Both the position numbers and the translations under genes were made by a program. From positions 1,440,001 to 1,472,000 of the forward strand of contig NC_009925.1 of NCBI RefSeq assembly GCF_000018105.1: a DNA stretch of 32,000 nt, in the 5' to 3' direction. This DNA comes from Acaryochloris marina MBIC11017. GTDB taxonomy: Bacteria > Cyanobacteriota > Cyanobacteriia > Thermosynechococcales > Thermosynechococcaceae. The notes below the pieces were generated by a model. It was not told the DNA's origin, made no database searches, and saw nothing but the letters and a program-made list of their open reading frames with translations. Shown here one piece after another: positions 27,089 through 32,000 of the stretch. Positions within the stretch are counted from its first letter, which is position 1; each line of letters opens with the position of its first letter.

Positions 27089-28096
27089 ATGTCCATAAAG
27101 AGAAGAGATTTCTTATTTGGATTGACTGCATTTTTAGGTTCACTTGATTCACTGCAGAATTCATTGGGAGAATCGATTGCTATGGCTGATAAAAGTACGG
27201 CTAAACCTCTCGCAAATAGAAAAGGGACCGCATTTAATTTCAATTCATCTGCAACAGATTATGACGCCGAGAATGCTTATGCCTTTGCCCTTATTTCTCA
27301 ATTAGTTTATGAACCATTCAATGAAAGTGAGACTCAAAAAGCTGAGGTCGTAAAGACTGCCAAAAATTGGGGCTATGACGACGTTTACTTTTTCCACAAT
27401 GAGAATAATGAAATTAATGATTCGGAAGCTTTAGTGCTCGTCAACGCAGAAAGTGTAGTAGTTGCTTTTCAAGGAAGTGAGAAAGATTCGAGAGATTGGG
27501 GAAACAATGCCAGATTCAAAAAAGTGAACTATTTGGGAGGCAACGTTCATCGAGGGTTCCTAAAAGCATTTACCGATGTTTGGACGATCGAAGATGACGA
27601 TACTCAGGTGCTGATGAAGGACAGAGTCCGAAAGGAAATGCAAGGCACACAACGCTCATTGTGGTTCACAGGCCACAGTTTGGGAGGAGCAATGGCAATT
27701 CTCGCTGCTGCCTCTTGGGCAATACAAGAAAGTAGTGCTGGCAAAGTCAGTGGGGTTTACACCTATGGACAGCCCAGAGTAGGCGATCAAACGTTTACAA
27801 ACAAATTCAATCCCCCCTTAAGGTCTAACACCTTCCGCGTGATCAATAACAATGATGTTGTCGCGAGAATTCCCAACATTGGTTATACAGATGTAGGACA
27901 AGTTAAGTATTTTGATGAAGATGGTGATTTATATGATGAATCTGACCTGAATCGATTTACAAAATTCCTAACTCGCCTGGAAGGTCGACTGAAAGACCTA
28001 GGAAGACCTAGTTCCGATGGCATAAAAGATCACAATTTGGGCGAAGAATATATTCCACACCTAAAAGCTAAACGTCCCAATTCCATGACGGTATAG
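27089..28096 (+). CDS. Class-3 (Lipase_3) lipase with a twin-arginine (Tat) signal peptide
   Basis: AAGGAA precedes the ATG at 27089. Tat motif KRRDFLFGL (27098-27118). Nucleophile elbow GHSLGG (27671-27688), Asp block NNNDVVARIP, His block IKDHNLGEEY. Confidence 0.85.
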   Translation: MSIKRRDFLFGLTAFLGSLDSLQNSLGESIAMADKSTAKPLANRKGTAFNFNSSATDYDAENAYAFALISQLVYEPFNESETQKAEVVKTAKNWGYDDVYFFHNENNEINDSEALVLVNAESVVVAFQGSEKDSRDWGNNARFKKVNYLGGNVHRGFLKAFTDVWTIEDDDTQVLMKDRVRKEMQGTQRSLWFTGHSLGGAMAILAAASWAIQESSAGKVSGVYTYGQPRVGDQTFTNKFNPPLRSNTFRVINNNDVVARIPNIGYTDVGQVKYFDEDGDLYDESDLNRFTKFLTRLEGRLKDLGRPSSDGIKDHNLGEEYIPHLKAKRPNSMTV

Positions 28097-28100
28097 CTTC

Positions 28101-28140
28101 AAGAGCGTGTCGGTGTTATCTCAATCAGTGACAAGCTCTT
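28101..28140. terminator. Hairpin between the convergent lipase and ABC ATPase genes (possible bidirectional terminator)
   Basis: AAGAGC-G-TGTC ... GACA-A-GCTCTT gives 6+4 bp with one internal mismatch. There are no strong U tracts. Confidence 0.35.
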
Positions 28141-28180
28141 CTTCTAGTCTGGCTTTCTTTCGTTCAGCCCATCTTCAAGG

Positions 28181-29245
28181 CTATTCCAACCGCATTTGCG
28201 ATTGCACATCGAACCAGTGCAGCTGATTTGAAGGCAATGCCACCGAAATCGTCTCTCCTGACCAGGTTTGGTCAGTGGGCAATAGAGCCCGGATGGTCTC
28301 TTCACCGCCCTGAACTTTAATGCTCAAGAGATTACTCATCCCCAAGTTCTCCACCAGGTAGACTTGCCCCGTGATTGTGGTGGAATCGCCCGGAGTAGTC
28401 AGCCGGGTGTGTTCAGGCCGGATGCCTAAGACAATTTCCCGAGGACTCACGGCACTACTCGGTAGAGGAATCCGAGTCTCCCCGAGAATAGCTGATTGAT
28501 TCTCACACCTGAGGGTTAACAGATTCATCTGAGGACTGCCGATAAATCCAGCTACAAACTGGTTGGCAGGCCGGGAATAAATTTGTTGGGGCGGATCGAG
28601 CTGCTGTAAATCCCCTTGGTAGAGCACTGCTACCTTAGATGAAAGCGTCATCGCCTCTGTCTGATCATGGGTGACGTAGACAACCGGGGCATTTTGCTTT
28701 TCAAATAGCTGCTTGAGTTCTGCTCGCACCTGCTCTCGCAGCAAGGCATCTAAATTGCTCAACGGCTCATCTAACAGGAATACTGCCGGGTTACGCACTA
28801 AGGCTCGTCCTAAGGCCACCCGCTGCCGTTGTCCCCCGGATAGCTGCCCTGGTTTACGACGCATCAAGTCATCGAGGTTGAGGACTCGGCTGGCTTCAGC
28901 CACCCGCTGCTGGATATCAGTGCTAGACATTTTGCGCAGCTTCAGTCCTGACGCAATATTGTCGTAGACATTCATATGGGGATAGAGGGCATAGCTTTGA
29001 AACACCATGGCAATATCTCGGTCCCCAGCACTTTTATGGGTAACCACGTCGGGTCCAATCACCACATCCCCTCGGGTGGGCTGTTCTAGCCCTGCAATCA
29101 GCCGCAGGGTCGTGGATTTGCCACAGCCGGAGGGCCCCAACAACGTCAAGAACTCACCATCCTCCACGGTTAAGCTGAGGTCTTTAACAGGCACAACCTT
29201 AGGGTTGTAGGTCTTATTCAGATGTTTGATCTCAAGTTTGGCCAT
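28181..29245 (-). CDS. ABC transporter ATP-binding protein, MalK/UgpC-like (sugar-type) with a C-terminal regulatory OB/TOBE-like domain
   Basis: Walker A GPSGCGKST, signature LSGGQRQRVALGRAL, Walker B FLLDEPLSNLD, H-loop VTHD. No permease or binding-protein gene is adjacent. Confidence 0.9.
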   Translation of the reverse strand: MAKLEIKHLNKTYNPKVVPVKDLSLTVEDGEFLTLLGPSGCGKSTTLRLIAGLEQPTRGDVVIGPDVVTHKSAGDRDIAMVFQSYALYPHMNVYDNIASGLKLRKMSSTDIQQRVAEASRVLNLDDLMRRKPGQLSGGQRQRVALGRALVRNPAVFLLDEPLSNLDALLREQVRAELKQLFEKQNAPVVYVTHDQTEAMTLSSKVAVLYQGDLQQLDPPQQIYSRPANQFVAGFIGSPQMNLLTLRCENQSAILGETRIPLPSSAVSPREIVLGIRPEHTRLTTPGDSTTITGQVYLVENLGMSNLLSIKVQGGEETIRALLPTDQTWSGETISVALPSNQLHWFDVQSQMRLE

Positions 29246-29277
29246 AGTGCAGAGGGAAGTTGAAGTTGGTTAAAAGG

Positions 29278-29793
29278 CTAACGCTGGCCTAAAAAGTTTC
29301 CGGCTAAACGCAGGGCATCGGCAACATCGACATCACCATCCCCATCACTGTCTAAAAATTGATTTAACACAGGATTAGAACCCTGTTGCGGATTGGCTTG
29401 GGAAGAACCGCTATGGAGCAAATTCAACACAATGGGAACCAGAACGGGCAACAGTCCTTGAATCACGCTGCTATTTAAGCCGGTCCGTTGAGCAATTTCC
29501 TGGGCAATTTGCTGTTGTTGTCCGTCAGAAAACAGGGCATTGACTGCAGCCCCATTCGCACTCGTACCGCTGTATTGATTGACGAGGGCTTGGGCTTGGT
29601 CCGCTGACTGAGACTTTAATGCAGAACGGACATGGTTGCCCAGTAGAGACATCGCCGCTTCGGTAGAGCTATTGTTCATGCCTTGCTGTTGGCTAAGTTG
29701 CTGCACCGTATTCAGGATATTGCCTAATTGGCCGGTATTAGCCTGTAAGGCTGGGTTATCAATAGCGCTAACGATTTGATCAAAGAGTCCCAT
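29278..29793 (-). CDS. Gln/Asn-rich hypothetical protein (DUF937-like) with a C-terminal EF-hand-type calcium-binding loop
   Basis: N-terminus MGLFDQIVSAI. C-terminal DSDGDGDVDVAD fits DxDxDGxxDxxD. Lies 32 nt upstream of the ABC ATPase start on the same strand. Confidence 0.6.
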   Translation of the reverse strand: MGLFDQIVSAIDNPALQANTGQLGNILNTVQQLSQQQGMNNSSTEAAMSLLGNHVRSALKSQSADQAQALVNQYSGTSANGAAVNALFSDGQQQQIAQEIAQRTGLNSSVIQGLLPVLVPIVLNLLHSGSSQANPQQGSNPVLNQFLDSDGDGDVDVADALRLAGNFLGQR

Positions 29794-29949
29794 AGTTTTT
29801 TGTCGGCTTCAGGTGAGGATCGGACTGCAGCATCATGCTTCAGCCCAGAGATCGATAACTGAGCCTCATCCTAAGGGGTGAGCATTCATGGGATCAAGTT
29901 AAGGGCGCATCCCTTCATTGGACTTTACGTTTACCAAAGCAATAGCCGC

Positions 29950-30624
29950 TTACTCTCTCATGACATAACCCACGCCCCTGACCGTCTGAATTAACCGCTT
30001 TTCTTGGTTCTCTTCTAGCTTGAGACGAAGGTAGCGAATGTAAACTTCGATGATATTGGAGTCTCCCATAAAGTCGTAGCCCCAGACTTGTTCCAGGATG
30101 CGATCGCGGGTCAATACCTGGCGAGGATGCATCATCAAATACACCAGCAAATCAAACTCCTTGGCCGTTAGCTCAATCGAGCGTTCACCGCGGAAGATCT
30201 CACGGGTGCGCTGGTTAAGGGTCAAGTTGGAGAATTCTAGGACATCGGGATCTTCTTCCTGGGTGCGCCGCAAGTGGGCTCGCACCCTAGCTAACAGCTC
30301 TTCGATGCTAAAGGGCTTCACCATATAGTCATCCGCCCCGGCATCTAGCCCTTCGACCCGATCGCTAATTTCATCTTTGGCGGTCAATAAAATAACGGGA
30401 ACTTTATCCCCGGTTGCCCGCAGACGTCGACAGACTTCAACGCCAGAGAATCCTGGCAGCATCCAGTCCAGGAGAATTAAATCCGGTTGAGACTCGCGAG
30501 CAGCGGTGAGTCCCCCGATGCCATCATTGGCCACGGTCACCTGATACCCCTCATGGGTCAGTTCCATTTCAACAAATTGAGCCAGTTTGGTTTCGTCTTC
30601 AACCAGGAGAATATGTGCTGTCAT
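29950..30624 (-). CDS. OmpR/PhoB-family response regulator
   Basis: Receiver domain (ILLVEDE...LILLDWMLPG...VKPF) plus winged helix (LTAKEFDLLVYLMMHP...IQTVRGVGYVMR). Its start overlaps the kinase stop by 4 bp (ATGA). Confidence 0.9.
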   Translation of the reverse strand: MTAHILLVEDETKLAQFVEMELTHEGYQVTVANDGIGGLTAARESQPDLILLDWMLPGFSGVEVCRRLRATGDKVPVILLTAKDEISDRVEGLDAGADDYMVKPFSIEELLARVRAHLRRTQEEDPDVLEFSNLTLNQRTREIFRGERSIELTAKEFDLLVYLMMHPRQVLTRDRILEQVWGYDFMGDSNIIEVYIRYLRLKLEENQEKRLIQTVRGVGYVMRE

Positions 30625-32000
30625 ATTTTTGCTTCAGGAGATATGGGTAACGTCACGGTGAATGTACTGCCTTCACCCTCGGCAGACAGGACACTGACTT
30701 GTCCTCCCATGCCTTCGGTAAAGGTCTTGACTAGGGAGAGGCCCAGACCAACGCCACCGGTACAGCGGGCTCGGGCTTCATCTAATCGATAAAAACGTTC
30801 AAAAATGCGGGACTGTTGTTTGAGAGGGATACCATCGCCGCGATCGCACACATGAATCAAAGCTGAGTCCTCTCGTTGTTCTAGCTTCACTGTGACAGGT
30901 TCCGTCGTTGCAGAATATTTAATCGCATTTTCCACCAAGTTTACCAATACCTGTTGGAGACGCTTCGCATCAGCAAAAACGGGAATTAGAGGAGACTCAA
31001 ACTCCAAATCAATCTGACGCTGATTAAACTTGTCTGCCATATTAACGACTTCTACCGCCACATCGTTCAGAATCAACGTCTCCAGATGATAAGGCATATA
31101 CCCATCATCCGCTCGGGCTAAACACAGTAAATCTTGCAATAACTGAATCGTCAGGTTCGCCTCAGCCGTAGAGATTTCCAAGGCTTCCCGCTGCATTTCA
31201 GTCAGGTTATCGCCCCGCCGTTGAATACTTTGCAAATAGCCTCGGACAATCGTGAGAGGCGTTCGCAGTTCATGGGAGACATTGCCCACAAACTCTCGCT
31301 GTCGCTCCGTAGCATGCTGCTGCTCATGCCAAGCCTCAGATAGGCGCTCCAACATCCGATTGAAAGTCTCTGTCAATTCTTGGATTTCACTGGGCGCATT
31401 ATCAATTTCTACCTTTGTCTTCCCTAAATCATCCGGCGAAATGGCTTTTGTCATTAAGTCCATTTGGCTTAAGGAGCGTAAGGAACGATGCACATACCAA
31501 GTTAAAGCCAAAGTGATCAAGACAACAGCAACTGAACTAGCCAAAGCCAGAGATTGCACACTAGCGATAAACTGGCGTTGATCCTCAGTAATATCTTGAG
31601 CCACAAATAACGTTCCCAAAGACTGGTTCCTCACCATTAAAGGGCTATGGCAGGCGACAAAATCTCGCCCTTGAATGTGATAGACCTTGGGGACAATGCT
31701 GTCTCGGAAAGCCGTTGCCAACGAACCAGGGCCTTCAAATCGTTGCCACGTTGGCCCCGACATATTGGCAGACATCGCCACCAAATTTTCTTGGGAATCG
31801 TTGACCCACAGCAGTAAATTACGTCCAGACCGATTGTTAATCGCTTTTTCAATACTCTTTTGCAGCGGGAACATCTCATCTTGTTGATAAAGCACCACAT
31901 CATCCGCAATGCGATCGCTAATATCAACAATTTTTTGCTTATGACTAGAAATCAAAATCCGCTGCATCTTCCAGCTCGTCCATACAGCGACACTGGTTAA
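30621..32000 (-). CDS. Sensor histidine kinase (periplasmic loop, TM, HAMP, HisKA, HATPase_c); the N-terminus probably lies beyond the window edge
   Basis: H-box SHELRTPLT, N-box NLVENAIKY, G-boxes DRGDGI and GGVGLGLS. The frame stays open for the 11 codons (LTSVAVWTSWK) from the ATG at 31967 to nt 32000. That stretch looks like the end of a first TM helix. Confidence 0.85.
   Translation of the reverse strand, partial: LTSVAVWTSWKMQRILISSHKQKIVDISDRIADDVVLYQQDEMFPLQKSIEKAINNRSGRNLLLWVNDSQENLVAMSANMSGPTWQRFEGPGSLATAFRDSIVPKVYHIQGRDFVACHSPLMVRNQSLGTLFVAQDITEDQRQFIASVQSLALASSVAVVLITLALTWYVHRSLRSLSQMDLMTKAISPDDLGKTKVEIDNAPSEIQELTETFNRMLERLSEAWHEQQHATERQREFVGNVSHELRTPLTIVRGYLQSIQRRGDNLTEMQREALEISTAEANLTIQLLQDLLCLARADDGYMPYHLETLILNDVAVEVVNMADKFNQRQIDLEFESPLIPVFADAKRLQQVLVNLVENAIKYSATTEPVTVKLEQREDSALIHVCDRGDGIPLKQQSRIFERFYRLDEARARCTGGVGLGLSLVKTFTEGMGGQVSVLSAEGEGSTFTVTLPISPEAKI

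Noticed and set aside
49-31930. Many 60-126 aa ORFs in the track lie antisense to, or out of frame within, longer well-supported genes. Examples are 49-249, 997-1278, 4469-4816, 5754-6134, 12367-12708, 13434-13787, 28713-28967 and 31252-31581.
   Set aside because: They are fully embedded in genes with clear family motifs and have biased, low-complexity translations. They lack ribosome-binding sites I could see. I treat them as shadow ORFs.
1-32000. I searched by eye for CRISPR arrays, IS elements, transposases, integrases, rRNA or tRNA genes and known defence-system proteins.
   Set aside because: I saw no regularly spaced repeats, no terminal inverted repeats flanking a transposase-like ORF, no DDE, tyrosine or serine recombinase motifs, and no signature domains of described defence systems.

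Overview
This looks like a chromosomal segment from a cyanobacterium. The HIP1 palindrome GCGATCGC occurs 14 times, against about 0.5 expected by chance, and the window carries ndhS, a DUF1995-like gene and an S1-homolog gene. I call about 31 protein-coding genes, mostly single housekeeping or stress genes: a 5'-partial mrp/apbC, rodA, ndhS, an S1-domain protein, argD, hspA, a DJ-1/PfpI-like protein, a GNAT acetyltransferase, a CrtI-family oxidoreductase and an orphan MalK-like ABC ATPase. There are two two-component systems: a CHASE3 kinase with a NarL-type regulator, and an OmpR-type regulator with a kinase that runs off the 3' edge. I found no rRNA, tRNA, CRISPR array, transposase, integrase or recognisable defence system. 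The clearest accessory region is an AT-rich stretch at about 24.4-28.2 kb. It holds a 1.1-kb ORF-free tract followed by two exported proteins with foreign-looking codon usage: an uncharacterised 443-aa protein with one CXXCH motif, and a Tat-signal class-3 lipase. Other items worth a second look are a leaderless SNase-fold nuclease upstream of a methyltransferase-like gene, a zinc-ribbon/TM/binding-protein/OmpA-like fusion, a 16-nt motif in inverted copies flanking the CHASE3 operon, and an MBL-hydrolase gene remnant. All family assignments come from motif reading by eye. Novelty cannot be established without database searches.
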